Origin: a virus
Length of the DNA: 64,000 nt
Direction: 5' to 3' (one strand)
IMG/VR virus record: IMGVR_UViG_3300010151_000007
Span: 1 to 64,000 of that record
Within the stretch, counting starts at the first letter, position 1. Each line of letters starts with the position of its first letter. Position numbers and translations under genes: made by a program. Positions 55,289 to 64,000 of the stretch are shown here, in pieces. Under the pieces are notes generated by a model. It was given only the letters and a program-made list of their open reading frames with translations. It made no database searches and was not told where the DNA came from.

Positions 55289-58200
55289 TGGGAATTAAAG
55301 ACTTATTTGATTCTGAAAACACTAAGATCTTAACTTCTACTACGTTAGAAGAAGAACACGAAGCAATAGAATCAATTGAAAATATCAAGCAAAAGCGCCT
55401 CTCAAAAGAAAGATTCATACCACAGGTAGATTTTTCTAAGCCAGAGAACTTTGCTCATTACGGATCTGCCGAAAGGTATTATGAGAATTCCATGAAGAGG
55501 GTTCTTAACCAATATCCATATGACGGTTCAGAGGCAGAAATCCAAGGATTCTTAAATAATTCAACCTATGTTGACTTGTATGTTCTCGATAAGAAATATC
55601 CAAGAACAAATGGTTATATTAAATTCTCTGCTACAGGTTGGGGGACTTTAACTGGTTCAGTCATCAAAGATGGCTGGGGTGCCCCCAGTACAACTGGTTC
55701 TATCGGGCATGAATACATTGATATTCGTGGCGGCCCACATACTGCATCCGGTGGCATGATTGGAAAAGATTTGGCCGACGTATTCGCTAAATCAAACATC
55801 TATGACACAGATATCTATGACACAGAAGGCGTTCTTTCCTTAGAACGTGATGGTTCACGCGAATCTAATCTACAATTCAATATTAGTTCTAGTGGTGGTA
55901 CGTTTGAGTTCTGGTTCAAAAAAGCTCACTGGAATGCAGGATTAACTTCCAAAGAAGTTGTTTTCGACCTTTGGAATCAAGAACCCATTGGCTCCAGTCA
56001 ATATGGTCGTGTTTTGTTGTTCCTATCGGGTGCCAGTAGCACCACTTCAACAATGCGCTACCAAATCAATTCAGGTTCAACTCTTAGTTCCCTCTTGGCC
56101 AGTAGTGGAAGTGTACCTCTCTTGGGTGGGAAAACGGTTGACGATGATTGGCACCACTTTGCTGTAGTATTCAAACAAAATGGAAGCAATCTAGACTTCC
56201 GGGATTATTTAGATGGGACGCCAGAGGGTGTTACTGATGCATCGATAGTGTTTAATGACATGTCTGGCTCGTGGAAATTACGTCTTGGGGCTTTGCAGAC
56301 AGCGCCGGAAGGTATAACACCCGACAAAGGTGAAGCAGACGGAATGTCTGGGTATGGTAAACTTTCTGCCTCATTAGACGAATTTAGATATTGGAAAACT
56401 GTTCGAACTGAAAAAGAGATTAATGAGAACCTTTGGAAACAAGTCCGGGGTGGTACTAACACTGATATTTCGAATACGAATTTGGGCGTATATCTAAAAT
56501 TTAACGAAGGCATTACAAATATAGGTTCAATTGATTCGACTGTTTTGGATTATTCTGGTCGCATTTCAAACGGCGTATGGACAGGCTACCCCGGCTCATC
56601 AGCAAGAAACACAGGTTCAGCTATGGTGGAGGCTTCTGTAGCCGCTTCGGAATACTTAGATCCTATTATTTACGAACAGCACCCTGAATACTCTGCCACT
56701 GTTACGGCTTTGAAAGACTCTGGAAGCGTGCATGACAGTCAAAATTCTTCACGTTTCATTGATTTGCTGCCAGCTTGGGTGATCGATCAGGATCTCGACG
56801 AGGGTTCGGAACACCTTCACAATTTAACACAAATAATGTCATCATATTTTGACACCCTGCATTTGCAAATTGAGTCTCTTTCGAAGATTAAAAATGCTTC
56901 TTACATAACTTCAAGTATCAAACCCCTTCCTTTCGCAGACAGATTACTTGAATCTCAAGGTATGGTGGCACCCGAAATATTTATTGATTCGACCATAACT
57001 GAACACTACATGAATCATGATGGTGAACGTGAATTTGAACTTGATCTAACGGATATCAAAAACCATATTTACAAGAACATTTACAACAACTTAATCCATC
57101 TTTATAAGTCGAAAGGCACCGAAAAGGCGTATCGTAACCTTTTGAGGTGCTATGGGATCGGTGATGAAATTGTAAAATTCAATACCTATGCGAATAATCA
57201 AACATTCAAAATAGAAGATACCCATTATCTTTCGAGTTGTCGAAAGAAATATATCGACTTTAGTTCGCCGAACAAGTATGGCGCTGTTGTGATTAATGCG
57301 ACAGCTAGTTCAATTGGTGGTCACCTCTCTGTCCCGACTCACTATAATGTTGATATGGCGGTTACGGATGAGGTGGAAGTAATCTTCCCGAACAACCCAG
57401 ATACCTTTGAAAACAATAGGGTGTTCAAGACTTTCACAACTGCCTCGATCTTTGGTTACCATATCGTATCTGGTGGGCCAGCAGCCTCTATAATGGAATG
57501 GACCGCTTCTGCAAAAGACAGTAACTATGAACTATACGCGGTTCGCCCCTTGCCCAATTCCAGTGATGCTTATTTCTGGTTGACAGATAGAAACAGAACT
57601 TTCAACTTAACAAGTAGTTTGTATACTGACGTATATTCCGGTGAAAAATGGAACTTCGCAATCAGACAGCACAAAGAGCAGCACCCAATTGGCACACAGA
57701 TTTCTGGTGCCGTTCTAGGTCATATCTGGGAGTTTTTGGGGTTCAATGTAGATGGTGGGATAGTAAAGAACCAATTCAACTTCTCTGCCTCTCTTAGCTC
57801 GGCTCACAAAGGGCTTGCCACTAAGGGTCGGAAATATTATGCAGGAGCCAATAGGACAAACTTTACAGGAACTTTACAAACACAGACAGACGTTAAGATT
57901 TCGTCAGTTCGCAGTTGGCACTCATATCTTTCAAACGATGTTTTGATTGCGCATGCTAAGGATCCAAATAATTTCGGCACTGGAAGGCCGACCAGAAACA
58001 CTCAATTTTTTAATAGTTCTATTACATCTATACTGCCTGAATATGCAACTTTGAGATTTGCTTGGGAGATGAATGAGTTAACCACATCGGATAACAATGG
58101 TGAATTTAGAATAACTGATTTCTCTTCTGGTTCGGGTGATTTTATCGCCAGTTTGGATGCCGGGTATACCAATACGTTTGGACACCACGATGCTCACGGC

Positions 58201-61200
58201 TATCTGTTTCCAGCTTCGAGTACCACTGTTGTTTCAAACGAATATATAAACGCAGCAAAGCAGAAACTTCCAGAAGTTATCGATAGTAGTGATATGGTAA
58301 ATGTCCTAACACAAGACGACGAAATCTTCACAAGAGATCCTGCTGTTTCTCAACATGTTTTTGCGTTTGAGAAGAGTATGTATGGAGTCGTCTCACAGGA
58401 AATTCTAAACATATTTGCTGGCGTCACTCACATGAATGATTTGATTGGCGAGGTGACCAACAAATACCGTTCAGGCTATAAAGACATGAGGTTGTTGAGG
58501 GAGCTTTTCTTTGAGAAGGTTCGTAATACCCCTGATTTAGACAACTTTATGGATTACTATCGTTGGATCGATTCATCGATAATGAAGTTCTTGAAACAAT
58601 TGACGCCGGGCTCCGCTATTCTATCGGACGATATCAGGAACATTGTTGAAAGCCACATCCTAGAAAGAAACAAATATGATCACAAATACCCATTTTTAGA
58701 CTTCCGGGGAAATACACGCTGGGCAGAAACAACTATCGAAGGCTCTGTCAAGGGCCTTGGAGAATTAGAATACAATTGGAAGTATGGTCATGCTCCGGTT
58801 GACAATAACGATGCCGATAATGCATTGTGGTGGAAGACTAGAGCCAGAGCGAATGATACTGTCCTCACCTCTGGTGATACAACAAAAGACGTTCAGCGCC
58901 AAAGGCTGCGCGCTGCAATCAATAATGATAGTTTTGCTTCCCCTGTTCGTTTAAGGGAGGTAACAAACTCGAAGTATCGTTCTGTAGTCAACTCCTTAAG
59001 AGACTTCAGAACTGTTATGAAGCCAGACATTATTCGAACAAAAACTATTAAAGGCGGAATCAACTTCGAAAACAATAAGAAGTTTAGCGTCTTTAAGAAC
59101 TTGATAATGAATTATCCAACAGGTCTAAGTGATTCGGGTTATGAACTTGACATTGTAAAAAAAGCGGATAAGAATATCAATGACATTGAAGATCCTTCTA
59201 AACTGGTTCGTAAGAATTGGGGCATTGAAAGCTACTTCGACAAGGTTACGACCTTTGCGTCCGGTGGCTCCCAATTCTTCTTCGACAACGCGGAAAAGGT
59301 TATCCCCGGCAACCTAATAAGCTCATCTGTTGTTTCTGGTTACAACGCTAGTAACAATAATTCATATAACCGTTCGGCTTTGAATTCAACCGCATTAACG
59401 AATATCCACTTCGATGCTTATGGCACAGAATTGGAGACTCCAATGCAGGGCCCATTCTCTGACGCTCACGTCGGTGGCTTACAACACCGTCATGTTAAAA
59501 TGAACAGAGGTTCGGATACACTATATACCCGCCCAGAAGCCTGGAGGGTGCGTTCTTTTCCGACTGATTCGATGTTGCGATACAAAAATCCTTCCGTTAA
59601 TCCCTTGAATGACGTTGAAAACCCTGCATACCCGATTGCAATCTACTATCGCGATGAAACTGCAAAAAGACCGGTAGTAATCAAGAACGTTAAATACACA
59701 ACCGGCTCCGCTATCCTTGGAAACTATCGCAGAGAAATGGAAATAGTTCCGATCACGGGTCGAAAGAGTCATAACAAGTCGTTCATTCAAAACGAAGGGT
59801 TCTCCGTGACTGGTGTATCTTCCTCTTTTGTAACCGATCTGGTAGATTACACAAAACCGTTAAGAACAACAAACTCCGGAACAACGTATCCTGGCAAGAA
59901 TAATTCACATGCCCAGCATGTTATAGTCCAAAGATTTTCCGCTCCAGGCTCTCCAGAAACAATGGGAGATCATCAGGGCGGCAGCGGCTTAGATGTTGAG
60001 GCTGGCGAATATTCACCATATAATAGCTTAAATTACAGAAATTTATCTGTTCGGCAGCCGCTAAACAGAAGTCTTCTTGTACACCACACAAGGCAGTTTG
60101 GTTTCTATAGCGGTTCTGCGGTTACATCAGCAAATTATGCTGGTACCGGCTCATACCACAAGCAGCATAGGAACAGAGGTTTGAGGATGGAATATTCTCA
60201 AGCAAGATCCCCTGTCGATGCGGCGGTTATCACAGCTTCGGTGTTTGACAATGCGTTCATCTCAAGCCTGATTCCAAGATCTGATTTACATTATGCTTGG
60301 GTAACAGCTTCCTATGAAAGCACAAAGCAAGTAGGGTTCGCTCCACCAACTGGGTTTGTTTCAACTTCTGCTGGCCGCGTGAATGCTATAGCCTTTAGTT
60401 CCGGTAGTGAAATAGGTGCTGGTAAGAACGCTAGTGGTCAATTGAAATATGGTTTCTATGGCCCACCCGCCCCAAACATTACTACTGATTTTGTATTTAA
60501 TGATTATGTTGGCTTGAATACGAACATTAGAGAACCAATCAATACTAGCTCATATGATTTTGTTGGGTTCACCGCTAGTGGTGGCGAGATTGATCCTTCC
60601 ACTGGCAGATATAGATATCTCAACGAGGTTTACATTGATGGTGTCACTGGACAAGCCTCCAACCCTTATACTTTGAATGGCCTGCTTCACCATCGCAACG
60701 GACCTTATCAGCACGCCAATTTTAAGACCATTGCTCACCAAACACACCCGATTGTTAGAAGGCAGAGGAAAGATAATGTGATAACCCACACTATCGAAGG
60801 TGGTGTAGAAAGAATCATTGCAGGTTCAACAACAAAAGATACAAACGGAAAAACAAAGGTATTTATCGAGCCAGCGATAAATAACAAATATAAGCCTATT
60901 AAGATCGATATGGTCGTTGTGACTGGCGAAGATCAAAATAACGACACGAAAACATCTAACATCGTCGCTTCAGTTTCGGTTGTTGGGAAAAACCTGTTCT
61001 TTGAAAACCCAGAACTTAACAACTTGATTGGTTTGCGAGCAGATCAAGAGACGCCATACGACAAAATCAAGAAGATGTATCTAGATGGTGCCCTAAAGGA
61101 TCCCAACAGCCCAATCGTAGATATCAAAAGACTGATCTATACAGAGACGGTTTATCCTGCTGGAAAGAATGCTCATCTAAAGAAGACTCGCGGTCGTACA

Positions 61201-64000
61201 TCGTTTAATAACAACTTCTGGAGATCGACAAGAGAAGATAGGAATGTGACTGGTAGTTATTCAACAATTTCGGGACAATATTCCGCTAGTTTCTGGCCAC
61301 TAGATGCAGCAACTTCATATACCCTCCTTGGTAACAATGCTTTTGCTTATACAAACTCTGCCGGTGCCTGGAGCCTTTACAATCCGGAATCCCAATATAA
61401 CAGGATGGGGGAGTTGATGGGTCAATGGTATTACGATCTTAGGTATTTGGTAAACAACATAGGGACACCTGATTTCTCAAGAATGAAGGCGCTACCGATG
61501 TATTACAGGCCCCATAAGATTTATTTCAAAAATACGCTGGCGGCTCCGTATAATAAAAGGTATGACGAAATGTCAACTACCGGAGCATTTCAAGATCTTG
61601 GTGGTGCCCTTGGTGGTGGTCAAGCAGTTTGGGAAACTGGGCGATTGGCCGGAAAATTTGTTAATGGAGAGTTTGTTTACACCGAAAGGTACCCTTTTCA
61701 CGACACATATGACGACTATTCGCTAGATATTAAGAACAAAGCAAAGGGTTACTCGGTCCTCCCAGAATTCAGAATTAGTGAGCATATCAATATGTTCTAT
61801 AAAGATGGTGGGGAGAGCACGCTGCAAGAGAATTCGAAAGAATATTCAATTTACGGAATCCCAACTGCCAGTTCCAATCCACAGAATTCATCTGAAAACG
61901 ATTTCTTTGAAATCTACTCAAATTCAGATTTCATGAAATACTTTGAATTAGTCAAAAACGACAACAAGGGTTTGTTGCAGCCTGCAACAATTTCCTTAAA
62001 ATGTAAAGGTATAAAGAAATTCCTGCCATATGAAGGTTTTTACCCGGTTCTTCGTACTTTGGATTTAGCAACTCAATTCTCAAAATCTTATGAGCCTTAT
62101 ATCAAATCAAGAGGGGCTGACTCACAATACGACAACGCCAGATTAAGAACGGTCTTTGCTCCAATGTTTGCTCCCGGAATTCTTTACAATACAATCAAGT
62201 CTGGCCTCGCTGTTGATTTCCCTGTCATGACAGGCTCAATTAGAGCTTCGCACACACACAAGGTGGCCGTCGGCGCGGGAGATCTGGAAAGCATCCACAC
62301 GACCATTGGTTCCAACTCAAGATACAAATCAGCACTTCCAGCCTCTTCCAACCATGTGGATGGGTGGGATTATCGTATTCCATTTGAAGCAATCATAAAT
62401 CCTGAAAACTTCATTTCAAATAAATGGATTGCCGACTCTGAAAAGTTTAACTCAAATCAGGACATCACTGCTTCTCTAGGTCTCGGCGGTGATAGTCTTT
62501 ACACAATGATGGCTAACAATTTCTTTGCGGAAACAATCGATTTCTTCTTAGAGGAGCAAACTGTAACGAAGATCGTTTCGAAACCTGAAAGCGAATTTAA
62601 GTCTGTAACCCCTGGCCAGCCATATGGCATGAGGGTCAAGGTTTGGAGGACTATGGATGGTCCGAAGCCTGTAACCGGAAGTTGGGGGCAATTCCCAATT
62701 CCACAGAATAGTGGCTCGGCAATAAAAGAATCCTTCGTGATGTATTCTCGCCCAAGTGCTTTTGGACCCCCTGTGTCTGCTACCGGCTCCAATAACGCCG
62801 GGGCACCCCGAAAATGGTCGAATTGGCCAAGTGGGACATTCGGGTGTGAAAATGGTGTTTACGCCTCTCATACCCCTCCATATTATGATGGCGAATCGTG
62901 GATTGATATTATCTATTATCCATGGAAAACTACCGCCGGTACAGATGCTAAATATAACTCGGACGTTAATAAGCCTTACAAGCCCTCGCTAGATGAAATT
63001 TTGAATTTCATCAACCCTACAGCTAGCATCGATACCACTGCCGGCTTCCCTGGTGGGACATATGTCCGCAAATGGAGATATGATAGGGAAGTAATCGACT
63101 CATCCACTCCTTTCTATAATGATATGGAAGCTTATCATGGCCCCATGGCCGGTGCTTTTGCCAACAGGTGGTCCATGCAAGCTGACGCATCGTTCGTTAT
63201 CGATGAAAGAGAGAAAGATAAGTGGTCGATTAAGTCGCGCTTTGAAACCCCTATGCTTAATTTTGCTTATGTAACCTCTAGTGATGGAACTAAGACCACA
63301 AGGGAACAGGCGGGCGATGGTCGCGGCGCAGAAGCTTCATCCGGTATAGGAATGTGGCATCAGTTCGGGCGCATACCAAAAATTGATGAAGGTGTTTATC
63401 TTCAAATAACTGATATTCCCGAAAACTGGATTACAAACCACCCATCTGCAACGATTCTGTTTGATCCGCAAGGGGATTACACCGGAATTAATATTCCATT
63501 CTTATCTTCCAGCACAGACAGTTTGAGATATAGGGTGCCAATTGGCGTTTCTGGTGATATGTCAAATTCGCCTCTTTCGCTTGTTGATATCTGTGGTTTC
63601 TCCACAACGGCTGAAAAGATTGGTAAGATCGCAGATTCCAAGACAGTGAGTGAGGCAGTTGTAGCAATTCCGTTTATCGAAATTGATGCAACCAGAAAGT
63701 TCTTCAATATCAATTTGGAGAAAAGTGGCGAGTCTGTTCAAGAACAGATAGAGAAAATGAAGAAGTTCGTTATTCCGCCGCGCCTAGACTTTGTTCACAA
63801 TAAAGACCTTGAAGCAATTGCCATGTATATCTTTGAATTCAACCATGTATTCGATAAAGACGACCTTTCTCACATGTGGCAAAATGTATTACCAGAAGCC
63901 GGAATGAAGATGGAAGAAGTAAGTTCTATTATTTCTCATGACTTGAGGAAGGGCGAGATATTAGAAAAAATGCCTGAAGAATTGAAGTGGATGGTGTTTA
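55288..64000 (+). CDS. Giant (>2900 aa, truncated) baseplate/tail protein with LamG domain(s) and a gp7-like LYKSKGT motif
   Basis: TAATG-coupled ATG at 55288 (MGIKDLFDS...). TFEFWFK, DWHHFAV, LDEFRYW and NLIHLYKSKGT. The same frame is still open at the end (LEKMPEELKWMVF). It is absent from the track because there is no stop in the window. Confidence 0.88.
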   Translation, partial: MGIKDLFDSENTKILTSTTLEEEHEAIESIENIKQKRLSKERFIPQVDFSKPENFAHYGSAERYYENSMKRVLNQYPYDGSEAEIQGFLNNSTYVDLYVLDKKYPRTNGYIKFSATGWGTLTGSVIKDGWGAPSTTGSIGHEYIDIRGGPHTASGGMIGKDLADVFAKSNIYDTDIYDTEGVLSLERDGSRESNLQFNISSSGGTFEFWFKKAHWNAGLTSKEVVFDLWNQEPIGSSQYGRVLLFLSGASSTTSTMRYQINSGSTLSSLLASSGSVPLLGGKTVDDDWHHFAVVFKQNGSNLDFRDYLDGTPEGVTDASIVFNDMSGSWKLRLGALQTAPEGITPDKGEADGMSGYGKLSASLDEFRYWKTVRTEKEINENLWKQVRGGTNTDISNTNLGVYLKFNEGITNIGSIDSTVLDYSGRISNGVWTGYPGSSARNTGSAMVEASVAASEYLDPIIYEQHPEYSATVTALKDSGSVHDSQNSSRFIDLLPAWVIDQDLDEGSEHLHNLTQIMSSYFDTLHLQIESLSKIKNASYITSSIKPLPFADRLLESQGMVAPEIFIDSTITEHYMNHDGEREFELDLTDIKNHIYKNIYNNLIHLYKSKGTEKAYRNLLRCYGIGDEIVKFNTYANNQTFKIEDTHYLSSCRKKYIDFSSPNKYGAVVINATASSIGGHLSVPTHYNVDMAVTDEVEVIFPNNPDTFENNRVFKTFTTASIFGYHIVSGGPAASIMEWTASAKDSNYELYAVRPLPNSSDAYFWLTDRNRTFNLTSSLYTDVYSGEKWNFAIRQHKEQHPIGTQISGAVLGHIWEFLGFNVDGGIVKNQFNFSASLSSAHKGLATKGRKYYAGANRTNFTGTLQTQTDVKISSVRSWHSYLSNDVLIAHAKDPNNFGTGRPTRNTQFFNSSITSILPEYATLRFAWEMNELTTSDNNGEFRITDFSSGSGDFIASLDAGYTNTFGHHDAHGYLFPASSTTVVSNEYINAAKQKLPEVIDSSDMVNVLTQDDEIFTRDPAVSQHVFAFEKSMYGVVSQEILNIFAGVTHMNDLIGEVTNKYRSGYKDMRLLRELFFEKVRNTPDLDNFMDYYRWIDSSIMKFLKQLTPGSAILSDDIRNIVESHILERNKYDHKYPFLDFRGNTRWAETTIEGSVKGLGELEYNWKYGHAPVDNNDADNALWWKTRARANDTVLTSGDTTKDVQRQRLRAAINNDSFASPVRLREVTNSKYRSVVNSLRDFRTVMKPDIIRTKTIKGGINFENNKKFSVFKNLIMNYPTGLSDSGYELDIVKKADKNINDIEDPSKLVRKNWGIESYFDKVTTFASGGSQFFFDNAEKVIPGNLISSSVVSGYNASNNNSYNRSALNSTALTNIHFDAYGTELETPMQGPFSDAHVGGLQHRHVKMNRGSDTLYTRPEAWRVRSFPTDSMLRYKNPSVNPLNDVENPAYPIAIYYRDETAKRPVVIKNVKYTTGSAILGNYRREMEIVPITGRKSHNKSFIQNEGFSVTGVSSSFVTDLVDYTKPLRTTNSGTTYPGKNNSHAQHVIVQRFSAPGSPETMGDHQGGSGLDVEAGEYSPYNSLNYRNLSVRQPLNRSLLVHHTRQFGFYSGSAVTSANYAGTGSYHKQHRNRGLRMEYSQARSPVDAAVITASVFDNAFISSLIPRSDLHYAWVTASYESTKQVGFAPPTGFVSTSAGRVNAIAFSSGSEIGAGKNASGQLKYGFYGPPAPNITTDFVFNDYVGLNTNIREPINTSSYDFVGFTASGGEIDPSTGRYRYLNEVYIDGVTGQASNPYTLNGLLHHRNGPYQHANFKTIAHQTHPIVRRQRKDNVITHTIEGGVERIIAGSTTKDTNGKTKVFIEPAINNKYKPIKIDMVVVTGEDQNNDTKTSNIVASVSVVGKNLFFENPELNNLIGLRADQETPYDKIKKMYLDGALKDPNSPIVDIKRLIYTETVYPAGKNAHLKKTRGRTSFNNNFWRSTREDRNVTGSYSTISGQYSASFWPLDAATSYTLLGNNAFAYTNSAGAWSLYNPESQYNRMGELMGQWYYDLRYLVNNIGTPDFSRMKALPMYYRPHKIYFKNTLAAPYNKRYDEMSTTGAFQDLGGALGGGQAVWETGRLAGKFVNGEFVYTERYPFHDTYDDYSLDIKNKAKGYSVLPEFRISEHINMFYKDGGESTLQENSKEYSIYGIPTASSNPQNSSENDFFEIYSNSDFMKYFELVKNDNKGLLQPATISLKCKGIKKFLPYEGFYPVLRTLDLATQFSKSYEPYIKSRGADSQYDNARLRTVFAPMFAPGILYNTIKSGLAVDFPVMTGSIRASHTHKVAVGAGDLESIHTTIGSNSRYKSALPASSNHVDGWDYRIPFEAIINPENFISNKWIADSEKFNSNQDITASLGLGGDSLYTMMANNFFAETIDFFLEEQTVTKIVSKPESEFKSVTPGQPYGMRVKVWRTMDGPKPVTGSWGQFPIPQNSGSAIKESFVMYSRPSAFGPPVSATGSNNAGAPRKWSNWPSGTFGCENGVYASHTPPYYDGESWIDIIYYPWKTTAGTDAKYNSDVNKPYKPSLDEILNFINPTASIDTTAGFPGGTYVRKWRYDREVIDSSTPFYNDMEAYHGPMAGAFANRWSMQADASFVIDEREKDKWSIKSRFETPMLNFAYVTSSDGTKTTREQAGDGRGAEASSGIGMWHQFGRIPKIDEGVYLQITDIPENWITNHPSATILFDPQGDYTGINIPFLSSSTDSLRYRVPIGVSGDMSNSPLSLVDICGFSTTAEKIGKIADSKTVSEAVVAIPFIEIDATRKFFNINLEKSGESVQEQIEKMKKFVIPPRLDFVHNKDLEAIAMYIFEFNHVFDKDDLSHMWQNVLPEAGMKMEEVSSIISHDLRKGEILEKMPEELKWMVF

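Noticed and set aside
208-63713. The many other short minus-strand and nested ORFs in the track
   Set aside because: They overlap motif-supported + strand genes and show no motifs. Only 4402..4689 and 4671..4895 occupy their own space.
1-64000. Stop-codon reassignment as seen in some large phages
   Set aside because: Genes tile tightly under the standard code. TAA, TGA and TAG (e.g. at 27351 and 45414) all end genes right at the next start.

Overview
This window is a dense, almost entirely + strand segment of a large tailed-phage genome, probably a jumbo myovirus read in the standard genetic code. Support for that call comes from a gp55-like sigma factor, gp25/gp6/gp5-like baseplate genes, a PIN-PhoH protein and a Cas4/RecB-like nuclease. 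There are four blocks. (1) About 1-22.3 kb is an array of probable head-packaged cargo proteins. Many start with a shared leader, MKLLLENWRKYLxE or a variant, which resembles the T4 capsid-targeting sequence plus an L/I-x-E prohead-protease site. The cargoes are about five ADP-ribosyltransferase-like proteins, two minimal kinases, a HAD phosphatase, an amidoligase, zincin peptidases and a nucleotidyltransferase-ligase-HxGH polyprotein. At 74-1689 the leader is a near-identical DNA repeat that also supplies stop codons for the upstream gene. (2) About 22.3-28.1 kb holds auxiliary genes: an LpxH-like phosphoesterase plus fatty-acid hydroxylase island, a cytidylyltransferase, a SPOUT methylase, PhoH and the nuclease. 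(3) About 28.1-41.4 kb is a 15-gene glycosylation locus with two nonulosonic-acid synthases, PseB/PseC/PseH-like enzymes, three Maf/GT42-like transferases, a Rieske-less CMP-Neu5Ac-hydroxylase-like protein, a 2OG dioxygenase and a recombination scar. (4) About 42-64 kb holds the late sigma factor and baseplate/tail genes. It ends in a >2900-codon ORF (55288 to the window end) that is missing from the supplied track. All family calls come from motifs read by eye; no database searches were run. No tRNA, rRNA or CRISPR array was found.
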